Below, piece after piece: positions 1 to 10,355 of a stretch of 64,000 bases of DNA (position 1 is the first letter of the stretch; each line of letters begins with the position of its first letter). The translations under genes and the position numbers were made by a program. Under the pieces are notes generated by a model, which ran no database searches, was not told where the DNA came from, and worked only from the letters and a program-made list of their open reading frames with translations. The stretch spans positions 640,001 through 704,000 of the forward strand of contig CAXXWQ010000003.1 of the NCBI GenBank assembly GCA_963674945.2. Reading direction: 5' to 3'. Source of the DNA: an uncultured Desulfosarcina sp. Its GTDB lineage: Bacteria > Desulfobacterota > Desulfobacteria > Desulfobacterales > Desulfosarcinaceae.

Positions 1-452
1 TCATTGTCGATGGCGGCGAGGAAATCAAGATGTTCCGTTTCCCAATTTGCCAGCCACTGATACAGTTTTTTCTCTTCCGGATCCTTTGCCGATTTCGCCC
101 TTTCCGTATAAAGAGAGATGGCACGCTCCTCCATCAGCATGGCGGCCGAAATGGCGGCGGCTTCGAAATCTGCAGCCGAGATACGGTCCTTCACCTGGGG
201 CGTCAGCACATGCTTTGAGACCGTCCCGGTTCCCGATGATTCCTGCGCCTTGAATTTCCCGCTCTCGGCAACCGACTTGAACTGATCGGACAGCACCTTG
301 ATATGGTTGGCCTCCTCTTCGGCCATGGTGAAAAAGAAAGATTTCACATCGTCGTTGGTGGACTGGCCAGCGACAGCCCGATAAAAGGATTTACCCCGTT
401 CCTCCAATAAGATCGCTTGTTTCAGGATATCCAACGAATCATTGTTAGCCAT
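1..452 (-). CDS. Ferritin-like/rubrerythrin-family protein (3' end runs off window)
   Basis: Manual translation MANNDSLDILKQAILLEERGKSFYRAVA...MAEEEANH...WETEH shows paired ExxH diiron motifs; GGAGGG RBS upstream; not in ORF track because truncated. Confidence 0.8.
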   Translation of the reverse strand, partial: MANNDSLDILKQAILLEERGKSFYRAVAGQSTNDDVKSFFFTMAEEEANHIKVLSDQFKSVAESGKFKAQESSGTGTVSKHVLTPQVKDRISAADFEAAAISAAMLMEERAISLYTERAKSAKDPEEKKLYQWLANWETEHLDFLAAIDN

Positions 453-742
453 CGATCCCTCCTGCTTGGTATTTTCTCACCTGCCGGATTGTGATGAGGA
501 TAAATATTCATCCCGGCTGTAAAAAGGAAGTTGTGAATACGAAACCAGTTAGACTATCCGCAAAGACAATAAAAAACGATTTATTTGTGTGTGGATGTCT
601 GACCATACGCATTCATAGAACATAAGAAATGCCACATTGAAAAGCAAGCGACTTGGTCCCGACGAGGATACTCGTTTACAGATGCCCGGATGATTTGAAA
701 AAGCGACAGAAACAGCTATAAAGAGCAAAGCGAACGCCATCG

Positions 743-967
743 GTGGATCGGCTTTCGTCCGGGCAGGCAGCTCGTCTTATCGGTGTCTGGCGCCTGACGG
801 AACGGAATATCGGACACGGTAGCGTAATCTGCTTGGAAGATTTGGAGAAGGGCAATGGCCGATGCCGTATCAAAGTGCACGGATATCGACTTTTTCTGAA
901 AAGTGATGACGTTTCCCCGATCGAGCTCGAATTGATCCCGACGATCCGTTCCCCCGGACAAGAATGA
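743..967 (+). CDS. Possible degenerate FeoA-like (SH3) small protein
   Basis: DRLSSGQAARLIGV...RIKVHGYRLFLK pattern resembles FeoA; central segment looks shortened. Confidence 0.3.
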   Translation: MDRLSSGQAARLIGVWRLTERNIGHGSVICLEDLEKGNGRCRIKVHGYRLFLKSDDVSPIELELIPTIRSPGQE

Positions 968-996
968 TAGGGTTACACCGGATCCATGCGGGCAGG

Positions 997-1281
997 TTAC
1001 TCGCCGTTCACCCGCTCTCGCAGGCAACCGGAACACTTGAAGGTCACAACCCGCCGTGCCGGTAGCATCGCCGACTCTCCCGTGGCCGGGTTTCGTCCCA
1101 TTCGTGCCCTCTTTTCCTTAACGCAAAACTTTCCGAATCCACTGATCAATACGTCATCACCGTCTTCGAGGGACTGCTTCATGCTCTCCAGTAGGATCTC
1201 GATGATCTGTGATGATTTTGCCTTGGGATACCCCATGGAAAGGTACAACTTTTCTACGATGTCCGCCTTTGTGAGTGCCAT
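997..1281 (-). CDS. ihfA: Integration host factor subunit alpha / HU family
   Basis: MALTKADIVE...ISGFGKF...RMGRNPATGE...RRVVTFK signature. Confidence 0.88.
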   Translation of the reverse strand: MALTKADIVEKLYLSMGYPKAKSSQIIEILLESMKQSLEDGDDVLISGFGKFCVKEKRARMGRNPATGESAMLPARRVVTFKCSGCLRERVNGE

Positions 1282-1544
1282 TTGGCCATTCCTTGACTTT
1301 GTTTCGATTGGTTTGCTTCCAACGGGTAGATCTAATCATCCGGAAGAGATGAAAAAAAGGGGCCGGGTGGTGAGTAAATATTCACTCCGACTCTCTTGGC
1401 AGGGGTTCCACACCGGCCCCGAGCGGAATACTGGAGGTGCCAGAGAACACATTCCGCTCGGTATCTATACAACGAGATGACAATGGCTGCAATACATGAG
1501 GGATAATTTTCTGTATTCCATGTTTCGAAAAACGGATGCGGGAT

Positions 1545-2330
1545 CTACCACTCACTTCGGAGTTGTCTCTCCACATCCGGCCACCGCTTCTCGAGATTGG
1601 CGATGGCATCCAACGCGATATCCAGATGGGTCCCCATGTGTTTGTCATAAATTTCCGCGTGCAGCTTCTTGTCTTTGATCCCTCTTCGCTTCAACGGCAT
1701 GTCCGATACCAACATGATGGAACCGATGGGCACCTCATATCGATACGCCACGGAGAACAATGTTGCCAGCTCCATTTCAATGGCCAAGATGCGCTGGCAA
1801 CGCAAGTAGTTCACGAAATCTTCGTCGAACTCCCACAGGCGTCGGTCAGTGGTGTAAACGACACCGCAGCGGGGAACGATTTTCCTGGCCTTCACCGCAC
1901 CGAGGCAAAGCAGGTTCACCGACATGGCCGGCAATGCGGGAAACTCCATTGGCAGATAATGGCGACTCGTCCCCTCGCCACGGATGGCGGCGGTCGGAAC
2001 CACGAAATCTCCCACTTCCAGGATGTCATCGACGCCTCCGCACATGCCGAGCATGACCACGGATTTTAAATTATCCAGGTAGGCAAGACCATTGATCACC
2101 AAGGCGGCCTGGGGTGATCCGATACCGAAGTCGATCATGGTGCAATCCAGATCCGGAACATTGACGATACGGAAATTTCCCTCATGGATCTCGCATCCCG
2201 TCTTTTCCGAAAAGGCCTGTATGTATTTCCGAAAATTGGTGATCAACACGTGACTGCGAAACTCTCCCAAACTGCAATTGGTATAGCGCTCCAGCGTCTG
2301 ACGAATATATTCGTGTTCTTTGAGTACCAT
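1545..2330 (-). CDS. amn: AMP nucleosidase (purine nucleoside phosphorylase superfamily)
   Basis: ITNF, FGIGSPQAA, LGMCGG, AIRGEGTS, AIEMELATLF, LVSDMPL motifs. Confidence 0.8.
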   Translation of the reverse strand: MVLKEHEYIRQTLERYTNCSLGEFRSHVLITNFRKYIQAFSEKTGCEIHEGNFRIVNVPDLDCTMIDFGIGSPQAALVINGLAYLDNLKSVVMLGMCGGVDDILEVGDFVVPTAAIRGEGTSRHYLPMEFPALPAMSVNLLCLGAVKARKIVPRCGVVYTTDRRLWEFDEDFVNYLRCQRILAIEMELATLFSVAYRYEVPIGSIMLVSDMPLKRRGIKDKKLHAEIYDKHMGTHLDIALDAIANLEKRWPDVERQLRSEW

Positions 2331-2448
2331 CGCGTCGTTATTCCATCCTTGACGGCTTCCTAAAAAGTCCGACTTTTTATTCGCTCATCATCCGTAGGGG
2401 TTGATAAAATGGTAAAAAGATTTTCCGTGCTCGTTTTGCTATCGGTTT

Positions 2449-3708
2449 CTATATTTTGCGCCCGAACGCTCGATCCGCCAACGCCCGGTTGCGCGGCCGC
2501 ATGGTTCCGTCCGCTTGTTCCCTTCGCATCACCTGCTGAAACAGGCTGGACATTTTCATGCTCTGGGATTCGGTATGATAAAAGGACTCCCAGGCATGGG
2601 CCAACAGCTCCTGTAACCGCTGGGCAGACATATTCTTGGGTTGATACACCACCTGGTCCGCCGTATACCGGTTCCAGTCAAAGCTCACAATTCGATTCTG
2701 CCGCTTCAATTCTTCATACGCCCGCGTGTGGGGAAAGGGGGTAAGCACCGTGAATTCCGCCAGATCCAGCTCGATCTCCAGCAGAAAATCGATCAGCCGC
2801 AAAATGCTCTCCTCGGTATGATCGTCCAGCCCCAGCAAAATCGTGCCCTCGACGCCGATGCCGTGGTCGTGGTAGCGTCTGATACGCTCCCGTATGAAAT
2901 CCGATGTATTGAAAACCGCCTGGTAGACGTACCATGCACCGGCCTGGGCCGCCAGATCCAACACCTTTGCATCATTCTCGATGGGATGACAACACCATTT
3001 TTTCTTCAACGGAATCATCTCCGTAAAAAGCGCCGTCTCCCATTTTGTATCCTGGGCCAGTGAATTGTCCACGATAAAAAGCCGGTTATTGTCGATGGCC
3101 GCCATCTCCGCCACCGCCTTTTCGATGGGTCGGGGCCGAAATTTTCTCCCCCCCAAAAAGGAGACGCAGCAGGGGTAACAATTGAAGCGACATCCCCGGG
3201 ATGCGTGGACCAGATCCACCATCTGGATGCCGCGGTAGTTGTACAGCTCCCGGTTCAGAATATCCCGTCTGGCGTTTCCCACCGTTTCGATGGGTGGCGG
3301 ATCGGACAGGTAATCGTATCTTTTTTTTAGCCGACCGGCCCGAAGATCGGCAATCACACCCTCCATTCGACCTTCCGCTTCACCGAGGAAAACCGCGTCG
3401 GCATGCTGTTGGGTCTCATCGGCATGAAGCATGGTGGCGATTCCTCCGAAAATCACCGGAATCCCACGGGCACGATAACCATCGGCGATTTCCCATCCGC
3501 GTTTCACCTGGACAGTGAGCATCATGGAGATACCGACCACGTCCACCGGCGCATCCATGTCCAGATCGGACAGATTCTCGTCGACGAATTCCACATCCAC
3601 ATCCGACGGCAAAGTGGCTGCAAAGACAACCGGGCCATGGGGCGGAAGGTGAAATTCCGTCTGATACCGCAGTTTGGGCCAACGGGGGTATATAAGCGTA
3701 AACTTCAT
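2449..3708 (-). CDS. B12-binding-domain radical SAM protein
   Basis: N-terminal cobalamin-binding Rossmann region (VIFGGIAT) and SRGCRFNCYPC CxxxCxxC motif. Confidence 0.88.
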   Translation of the reverse strand: MKFTLIYPRWPKLRYQTEFHLPPHGPVVFAATLPSDVDVEFVDENLSDLDMDAPVDVVGISMMLTVQVKRGWEIADGYRARGIPVIFGGIATMLHADETQQHADAVFLGEAEGRMEGVIADLRAGRLKKRYDYLSDPPPIETVGNARRDILNRELYNYRGIQMVDLVHASRGCRFNCYPCCVSFLGGRKFRPRPIEKAVAEMAAIDNNRLFIVDNSLAQDTKWETALFTEMIPLKKKWCCHPIENDAKVLDLAAQAGAWYVYQAVFNTSDFIRERIRRYHDHGIGVEGTILLGLDDHTEESILRLIDFLLEIELDLAEFTVLTPFPHTRAYEELKRQNRIVSFDWNRYTADQVVYQPKNMSAQRLQELLAHAWESFYHTESQSMKMSSLFQQVMRREQADGTMRPRNRALADRAFGRKI

Positions 3709-3735
3709 GGAATCGAAACCTTATATAAATCCGGC

Positions 3736-4374
3736 TCAGGGAAGCAAAATCGCCTCAACCAGTGTCATATCCAGTTTGTAACCGTGGCGGGCTTTTGATG
3801 CAAGGGTCAATTTTTTCGCTACCCCACGCCCATCGACACCGCAGGCGACGACCATCCGCTCGGGGTCGTACTGCCGAATGTGCCAGATGTTGTCGTCTGT
3901 ATTGAAAACATCCACGATCCGGTCGTCATCGGTATGGTAACGGCACCCCCGTGCACCCTCGGGGAAAATGGCTGCCACGGGTTCGGATGTGGCCTTCGGT
4001 TCGAAGAACAGAAGGCGGAGATCCTGAATCAAGCCATCTGCAAAATCCGGATTTTCGAAGGGTCCGATTGCACGTTTGACTGTGATGCCGTCACCGGCCA
4101 CCGCTTCAAAAAGCACCATGCCTTCCAGGGTCATCAACACGCAGTGGATGGATCGCACCTTGGCGGACAAGACGACAACACCGGTAAACGTTGCCCGATG
4201 CCCTCCACCAAGATGGGCGTCGATGGTATGCACCAGTTGCCACCGGCCCGACGGAAAGATGGATCGACATCGGCTGTGGATGACCCGTTTGTCTCCGGTG
4301 TCCATGGGCGTAACGGCGGGAATGTGTGTGCAGGCCACGACCAGAAGGATCAGGGCCAAGAGGCTGCGGATCAT
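3736..4374 (-). CDS. Putative lipoprotein (DUF3261-like, as in aryl-polyene clusters)
   Basis: Hydrophobic signal with LVVAC lipobox; overlaps the lolA-like stop. Confidence 0.6.
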   Translation of the reverse strand: MIRSLLALILLVVACTHIPAVTPMDTGDKRVIHSRCRSIFPSGRWQLVHTIDAHLGGGHRATFTGVVVLSAKVRSIHCVLMTLEGMVLFEAVAGDGITVKRAIGPFENPDFADGLIQDLRLLFFEPKATSEPVAAIFPEGARGCRYHTDDDRIVDVFNTDDNIWHIRQYDPERMVVACGVDGRGVAKKLTLASKARHGYKLDMTLVEAILLP

Positions 4375-4994
4375 TGCGCTTCCTCGAACAGGTGCGGATT
4401 CAGGTCCGGATTGATGCGCGTTTTTGTAAAGATCATCTTTGTGTACGCATCCTCGCTTTCGAAAATGAGCACCTGCTCGATCACACCCGGTGTGTCGGCC
4501 AATGTCAATTCGATTCGCTGTATCAGGCGTTTCATGCCGTCATCCTTGGGAATCAGTACGATTTCGTGTTCTCCCCGGATAGAAGCCGTGAACATGGGGC
4601 TGTCTTGAAACCGCCCGCCGAGCATGCCGCCGATTTCCGGCATCACGGATTGCATGGCCGTTAGATGGATGCCATGATCTTCCACCATCCGTTCACCGGT
4701 CTGGATGAACCGCCGTACTTCGCCATCTTTGGCAATCAGGACGCTTTTGACCGGTGAGGTGTATTCCCACCGCAGTGCATCGGGTTTTCGGTAACACAAG
4801 CGTCCCCTGGATACCAGCGGCCGGACCAATATCGGCAAGTGCTTCTCCTGTACGAAATCGGCACGAATGGCCTCGATCCCCTTGGCCGCATCGGCAATGC
4901 CGTCCCAGGTGTCGGCCCAGGCAAAACAGATACAGGGCCACAACAAAGAGAGGAAGACAATAAAACGCCCTCTTATTGTTTTGGAATTCAACAT
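4371..4994 (-). CDS. LolA-family outer-membrane lipoprotein carrier protein
   Basis: ADFVQEKHL...SRGRLCYRKPDALRWEYTSP motif; signal peptide; start codon uncertain (ORF open to 5126). Confidence 0.82.
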   Translation of the reverse strand: MLNSKTIRGRFIVFLSLLWPCICFAWADTWDGIADAAKGIEAIRADFVQEKHLPILVRPLVSRGRLCYRKPDALRWEYTSPVKSVLIAKDGEVRRFIQTGERMVEDHGIHLTAMQSVMPEIGGMLGGRFQDSPMFTASIRGEHEIVLIPKDDGMKRLIQRIELTLADTPGVIEQVLIFESEDAYTKMIFTKTRINPDLNPHLFEEAQ

Positions 4995-5087
4995 TGATGA
5001 AATTTTGAATTGCATTGAAAAATTTACCAGCTCTGAGTCCGCGAATAGAATAATTGCTGTCAATGAAACCTCGGGCGCTACCCCTAC

Positions 5088-5139
5088 GACCGGAAGATGT
5101 TCGAACCGGTTCGGCGAGACACGCAATCTTCAGAAGCTT
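5088..5139. repeat. Dispersed repeat copy, inverted relative to 6169-6220
   Basis: gaccggaagatgttcgaaccggttcggcgagacac matches the reverse complement of 6186-6220 at 30/35 nt; similarity continues about 17 nt further. Confidence 0.65.
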
Positions 5140-5145
5140 CTTGTA

Positions 5146-5311
5146 AACGTCGAACATCGAACGTCCAACGTCGAATGTGGAGATCGCTTCGCTCCATCGT
5201 TCCATAAAAACTATCAGTCATTTGTTTCCGTCTGTAAAGCAGGGCGTTTCGATCAGGATCGACAGAATGCCTTATTCGAAGTTCGATGTTGGAAGTTCGA
5301 TGTTCGGCGTT
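5146..5311. repeat. Heptamer-arm palindromic intergenic element (AACRTCG units / CGATGTT units)
   Basis: Left arm AACGTCG AACATCG AACGTCC AACGTCG; right arm CGAAGTT CGATGTT GGAAGTT CGATGTT CGGCGTT. Confidence 0.75.
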
Positions 5312-5338
5312 CATTGGCCATTTCTGGATGGGCACAAG

Positions 5339-6088
5339 TTAGATCATGCCGCCGTTTACGGATATAACCTGCCCACAAACATACGAGGCATCGTCCGAGC
5401 AGAGAAACCGTACCACCCGTGCCACCTCCTCCGGTTTTCCCACCCGTGCCATGGGAATCAAGGCCTTGAGGTTGGTCAGCGGCAGATCCTTGATCATGTC
5501 CGTATCGATGAGCCCCGGGGCAACCACATTTACACGGATGCCCATCCGGGCAACCTCGGCAGCCAGGCTTCGGCTGGCACCGATGAGCCCCGCTTTCGCC
5601 GCACTGTAGTTGGCCTGTCCCCGGTTCGCCACAAGGCCGGATGCGGAAGCGATGGAAACCACATTTCCTTTTCGCTGACGGATCATCTTCTCGATGATGG
5701 GCCGGGTCACGTTGAAAAAGCCATCGAGCGTCGTGTCCACCACCCGGTTCCAATTATTCCGGGACATCATCAAAAAAAGACCGTCGGCGGTGACACCCGC
5801 ATTGTTGACCAGTACGTCAACCGTTTCGACGGAATCCAAAAGGTTCGTGAGGGCGTTGCTGGTCGCTTCCCCGTCGCGAACGTCGAATCCCAGGATGCGT
5901 CCCCCGCCACCTTCGGCTCGGACGGCCTCGATGGTTTTTTGGGCCCCTGCTTCGTCAGAATGGTAGTGGACCACCACATCGTATCCGGATCGGGCCATCT
6001 CTATACAAATGGCCCGACCGATGCCCTTGGAGCCGCCGGTTATCAGCGCGAGCGGCCTTTTCTCGTTTTCCCTCATTGATTTTTCCAA
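5339..6088 (-). CDS. fabG: 3-oxoacyl-ACP reductase (FabG/ApeQ-like)
   Basis: TGGSKGIG, NNAG, GQANYSAAKAG, VAPGLIDTDM. Confidence 0.93.
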   Translation of the reverse strand: MEKSMRENEKRPLALITGGSKGIGRAICIEMARSGYDVVVHYHSDEAGAQKTIEAVRAEGGGGRILGFDVRDGEATSNALTNLLDSVETVDVLVNNAGVTADGLFLMMSRNNWNRVVDTTLDGFFNVTRPIIEKMIRQRKGNVVSIASASGLVANRGQANYSAAKAGLIGASRSLAAEVARMGIRVNVVAPGLIDTDMIKDLPLTNLKALIPMARVGKPEEVARVVRFLCSDDASYVCGQVISVNGGMI

Positions 6089-6168
6089 CCTCGCTTTTAC
6101 CGGCCACCTAATTCGAAGAAAACCGGATTACTGAACATCGAACATCGAACGTTGACCGCTTCGAAAAA

Positions 6169-6220
6169 AAGCTACTGCCGATTGGGTGTCTCGCCGGACC
6201 GCTCCGAACCTCTTCGGGTC
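6169..6220. repeat. Dispersed repeat copy, inverted partner of 5088-5139
   Basis: See 5088-5139; preceded by GAACATC GAACATC GAAC heptamers at about 6133-6150. Confidence 0.6.
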
Positions 6221-6242
6221 GCTCGGAAATGTCTACAGACGC

Positions 6243-6686
6243 TCATTCCGGATCACCATCCACCACCTGCAAAACCACTTCGGCCGCCAAACGACCGTCG
6301 ATGGATGCAGTCCCCGCGATTTCACGAAGGGTGTCGAATACGAAGGCGTTTTTCGCCGTCGTCGTAATGGCCGCCCCGGGATGGATGCCGGCTACATGAA
6401 ACGTCGCGCTCTTCACCCCCACCAGCCACCCCCGTGCCGCCGCCGCCTCGCCCCTGGTTTTCAGCCGGTGCAATCCGTTGTGCACACCCGAAGTCTGGGC
6501 CACCAACTCAACCAGTATCAGCGCATTGACGGCACCGTCCCGGAAAAGGGGCCAATCCCTTTTCGCCACGGACAGGGTCGTGGCCTGTTCATCGTCCAGA
6601 GATAGGATTTCATCCACCAGTAACATCCGACCGCGGTGGGGTAGCAGCAGGGAAGGGGGCAACGGATGCGATAGGTTTGTCGGCAT
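6243..6686 (-). CDS. Hotdog-fold 3-hydroxyacyl-ACP dehydratase (ApeP-like)
   Basis: LLPHRGRMLLVDEI...VELVAQT...GWLVGVK motif. Confidence 0.82.
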   Translation of the reverse strand: MPTNLSHPLPPSLLLPHRGRMLLVDEILSLDDEQATTLSVAKRDWPLFRDGAVNALILVELVAQTSGVHNGLHRLKTRGEAAAARGWLVGVKSATFHVAGIHPGAAITTTAKNAFVFDTLREIAGTASIDGRLAAEVVLQVVDGDPE

Positions 6687-6782
6687 GGGGCGCAAAAAAC
6701 CTTGAATTTGAAAAAAATCATTATTATTATTACTTTTTTTCAAATTCGGATAGTACACCAATTGAACGAAGCTGTAAAGGAT

Positions 6783-7082
6783 ATGCCCATGAACGACGCA
6801 CCGGCGGATCGATTTATCCATGAGCTGCGAATCAAGATCGTTGAAGCGTTGAACCTGCAAGATGTCTTACCAGAGGAGATCGACCCGGACGAACAGTTGG
6901 TGGGTGGACGATTGGGAATCGACTCCATCGATGTGCTGGAGATGGTGATGATGGTGGAAAAGGAGTACGATCTGACCATCGACAACAGGGAGTTGGGGGC
7001 ACAGGTTTTCGCTTCCATTCGTACCCTGTCCGCATTCATCGACGATCCAACGTCCGTCCGGCCCGTTGAAGGAGACGGATAA
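6783..7082 (+). CDS. Acyl carrier protein (ApeE-like)
   Basis: LGIDSIDVLE phosphopantetheine site; acidic; start at 6783 or 6789. Confidence 0.9.
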   Translation: MPMNDAPADRFIHELRIKIVEALNLQDVLPEEIDPDEQLVGGRLGIDSIDVLEMVMMVEKEYDLTIDNRELGAQVFASIRTLSAFIDDPTSVRPVEGDG

Positions 7083-7172
7083 GACAAAGGGGCGCGTCCA
7101 TCCGCGGCCTTGAAATTTCTCCGTTTCACCGGCGTGCCGGTGGTAAAAAAGGGGCCATGGACAACCAAAACA

Positions 7173-8525
7173 ATGAAGATCCTTCTGATCTCTGCAAATA
7201 CACTCACGGCCCCATACCCGGTCTACCCCATCGGTCTGGACCACGTGGCCGCATCCATTCCAGACAGACATGCGGTGCAGGTCATGGACCTCAATACATT
7301 GGAGGGTTCTTCCCAACTGTCCGACGGCATTCGTGGGTTCGGTCCTGACCTGATCGGCATCTCCATTCGTAACATCGACAACACGGACAACACCGACCCC
7401 GTCGGATTCATGGAGGCCTACCGACAGGTGATGCAGAGGGTGAGAGGCGCATCCGAGGCGCCGGTGGTCTTGGGAGGAAGTGGCTTTACCCTGTTTCCCC
7501 AGCGGCTGCTGGCAGATCTGGCGGCCGATTACGGCGTCGTCGGCGAAGGCGAACGCCTGCGGCATCTGATCGAAGCGATGGAAACCGGCAAGGACCCACG
7601 CGGCCTCGTCGGCATCCTCCTTCCCGGCGAAGCGAAGGCCCCCTTTCCACCACCGCTTACCGATCATCGTCACCCCATACCGAGGCAATCGCCGTCCCAC
7701 CGATCCTGGTACATCGATCATGGCGCCATGCTCAATGTGCAGACCAAACGGGGATGTCCGTTTCGGTGCATCTACTGCACCTACCCACGCATCGAGGGAA
7801 GGCGCCTACGCCTGGTGGACCCCGATGAAGTGGCGCGAACGGCAAAAGACATCGAAGCGGCAGGTGCACGTTACCTCTATATAACAGACTCGTCCTTCAA
7901 TGCCGACGTCGAACATTCTTTGCAGGTGGCGCGTTCTTTGAAAAAAGCCGGTGTCACCATTCCCTGGGGGGCCTTTTTTACTCCCGGGGACCTGCCCCCC
8001 GGCTATTTCGAAACCTTGAAAGATGCGGGTGCAAAGCACGTAGAGTTCGGCACCGATGCCCTTTCCGATGCTGTTTTGCAGACCTATAAAAAACCCTTTA
8101 CGGTGGCGCAGGTCTTTTCCGCTCACGAAGCAGCCCTGTCAGCCGGTTGTCACGTGGCCCACTACTTTCTGCTGGGCGGGCCGGGGGAGAACATGAATAC
8201 GCTGGCCGAAACCTTACGAAATATCGAAAGGCTCGAGAAAACGGTTCTGTTTTTTTTCTGTGGCATGCGCGTATATCCCCACACGGCGCTGTTTCGTCGG
8301 TGTGTGGAAACGGGAAGGCTGGAACGCGGCGCGGACCTGCTGGCACCTTTTTTTTATCAATCGAACGGCATAAAGACCGATACCATTTCAGCGCTCGTCG
8401 TGGAAAAAGCCCGGGGCCGCGCCAATTGGATCATCGGTGCCGGAGGGGAAAAGACCGCCGTCACGCTTCGTCGCATGTATGAAAAAGGTTTTTCAGGTCC
8501 GTTGTGGGAGTATCTCATACGCTGA
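7173..8525 (+). CDS. Lipid-biosynthesis B12-binding radical SAM protein (TIGR04072-like)
   Basis: MKILLISAN...PYPVYPIGL, ISIRNIDN, QTKRGCPFRCIYC; lies between ACP and dehydratase. Confidence 0.88.
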   Translation: MKILLISANTLTAPYPVYPIGLDHVAASIPDRHAVQVMDLNTLEGSSQLSDGIRGFGPDLIGISIRNIDNTDNTDPVGFMEAYRQVMQRVRGASEAPVVLGGSGFTLFPQRLLADLAADYGVVGEGERLRHLIEAMETGKDPRGLVGILLPGEAKAPFPPPLTDHRHPIPRQSPSHRSWYIDHGAMLNVQTKRGCPFRCIYCTYPRIEGRRLRLVDPDEVARTAKDIEAAGARYLYITDSSFNADVEHSLQVARSLKKAGVTIPWGAFFTPGDLPPGYFETLKDAGAKHVEFGTDALSDAVLQTYKKPFTVAQVFSAHEAALSAGCHVAHYFLLGGPGENMNTLAETLRNIERLEKTVLFFFCGMRVYPHTALFRRCVETGRLERGADLLAPFFYQSNGIKTDTISALVVEKARGRANWIIGAGGEKTAVTLRRMYEKGFSGPLWEYLIR

Positions 8526-8563
8526 TGGGAGAATGATGTTATTTTGAATGAAATTTTCCGTAA

Positions 8564-8962
8564 ATGGCAAAAACCGGGTTAGAAAATCCAATGACATTGT
8601 GGTATAAATACACGTTTACTGATCGGCAAACGAATGGCAAGGCTACGGCCCGTGCCGTCGTGCCTTCGGATTCTCCCTGGTTCGACGGCCACTTTCCCGA
8701 AGACCCCGTACTGCCGGGTGTCGCCCAGTTGGCCATGGTTCATGACCTTTTGTGCCGGATGCACCGCCAATCTTCGCCGGTCCTGAAACTGCGCCGGGTT
8801 CGATTCAAACAGATGATTCGCCCCGACCAGGAACTGACCCTTACGGTGGAAGCCTGCGACGAGGCGGGCGATCATCGATTTCGCATAAGTGATTCCAACG
8901 GACTCATCTGCAGTGGGATGATGGTACTGGCGGAAAAAGCGCGGGAACGAACGGCGCCTTGA
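8564..8962 (+). CDS. FabZ/ApeI-like hotdog dehydratase
   Basis: SPWFDGHFPEDPVLPGVAQL...VRFKQMIRP. Confidence 0.87.
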   Translation: MAKTGLENPMTLWYKYTFTDRQTNGKATARAVVPSDSPWFDGHFPEDPVLPGVAQLAMVHDLLCRMHRQSSPVLKLRRVRFKQMIRPDQELTLTVEACDEAGDHRFRISDSNGLICSGMMVLAEKARERTAP

Positions 8963-9008
8963 CATTGGGTGCCCCTCAAACCACTATACTAAGGAGATCT
9001 ACTTACAG

Positions 9009-9269
9009 ATGTCAGCCCAAACCGACAAAATCATTCAACACATTGCACAAATCATGATCGATGAACTCAAGCTGGAGGATGTCACCCCGGAGACCTTCGA
9101 CCCGGATATCGACCTGGTGGATGAAGTGGGCATCGACAGCATGGACCTGGCTACGGTGGCCCTGGTGCTGCGGGATGAATACGCCGTTCGCATCGACGAG
9201 GATGATTATCCCAAATTGACGACAGTACGGTTGATCGGTGAGTATATACAACAAAAACTGGCCGCATAG
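9009..9269 (+). CDS. Acyl carrier protein
   Basis: GIDSMDL motif, 86 aa, acidic; AAGGAG RBS. Confidence 0.92.
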   Translation: MSAQTDKIIQHIAQIMIDELKLEDVTPETFDPDIDLVDEVGIDSMDLATVALVLRDEYAVRIDEDDYPKLTTVRLIGEYIQQKLAA

Positions 9270-9277
9270 AATTATTC

Positions 9278-10342
9278 ATGGATGAACGAAAAACCTGGAA
9301 ATTTTCTGACCTGATCGCCGACCCTGAAGTCCGGGACCGGTGGGAAACGGTGCGCCGGTATTTTTTCCTGCGCGAGTCCACCTACGACATGACACGCCGG
9401 TGCAATATCCGCTGCAATGGGTGTTACTTTTACGAAGGCGAAAAGCAAAAGACCCGGGACAATACCAACCCCGACGATTGGCGAAAACACATTCGAAAAG
9501 AAAAGGCCCGCGGCATCACCTTCGTCGTGTTGGCAGGCGCAGAACCATCCCTGGTGCCCGAGCTGTGCCGGGTCTGTTATGACGAGATCCCCCTGGGGTG
9601 CATCGCAACCAACGGTCTCGTGCCCATTGCCGCATCCATCGGATACCGCATTCATGTCTCCGTTTGGGGAAATGACGAGACCAGCCTCGCCACGCGAAAC
9701 GCAAAAGATATGCTTTCCCGACAAATCGCCAATTACGCGGGCGATCCCCGGGCCACATTCGTATATACCTTTACCCGCCACAACATCGACCAGGCCGAAT
9801 CGGTGGTTCGCACACTTTCCGACCACGACGCCACGGTAACTTTCAACATGTTCAGCTCACCGGTGGGATACACCGGCAGTCTGCGTCACACCCCCCTCAG
9901 CCTGGCGGATACGCGACGGACCATGCTGCGACTGCTGGAACGATACCCGGATACGGTCCTGTTTTCATGGTACAGCGCCATGGCACACACCCATGAAAAG
10001 GGACTGCACGAACTGTTCGGATGCAGCTACCCCCGCCAAAACCCCAGCAAGGACCTGGGCCTCGGCCGTTCCTTTCGTCAATACCGCACCGATCTGACGT
10101 GGGATCGGGATGCGGCCTGCTGCGTTCCGGACACCGATTGTAACGACTGCCGTCATTACGCGGCGGCAAGCGCCATTGTCACGGCCCGACTGTTTCGCCA
10201 CGCCATCGACCCGGATACCTTTCGCTCCTGGCTCGACTTCGTGGACACCTACCTGGCCGTGTGGGTAAAAGGCTATCAAAAGGGCGACAACCTCTGCGAC
10301 AAAATCGTTGCTCCGCCTGGCGTGGAACTCACGGCCAATTGA
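9278..10342 (+). CDS. Radical SAM protein with C-terminal Cys cluster
   Basis: CNIRCNGC; C-terminal CCVPDTDCNDC. Confidence 0.85.
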   Translation: MDERKTWKFSDLIADPEVRDRWETVRRYFFLRESTYDMTRRCNIRCNGCYFYEGEKQKTRDNTNPDDWRKHIRKEKARGITFVVLAGAEPSLVPELCRVCYDEIPLGCIATNGLVPIAASIGYRIHVSVWGNDETSLATRNAKDMLSRQIANYAGDPRATFVYTFTRHNIDQAESVVRTLSDHDATVTFNMFSSPVGYTGSLRHTPLSLADTRRTMLRLLERYPDTVLFSWYSAMAHTHEKGLHELFGCSYPRQNPSKDLGLGRSFRQYRTDLTWDRDAACCVPDTDCNDCRHYAAASAIVTARLFRHAIDPDTFRSWLDFVDTYLAVWVKGYQKGDNLCDKIVAPPGVELTAN

Positions 10343-10355
10343 AGGATCGAACCCC

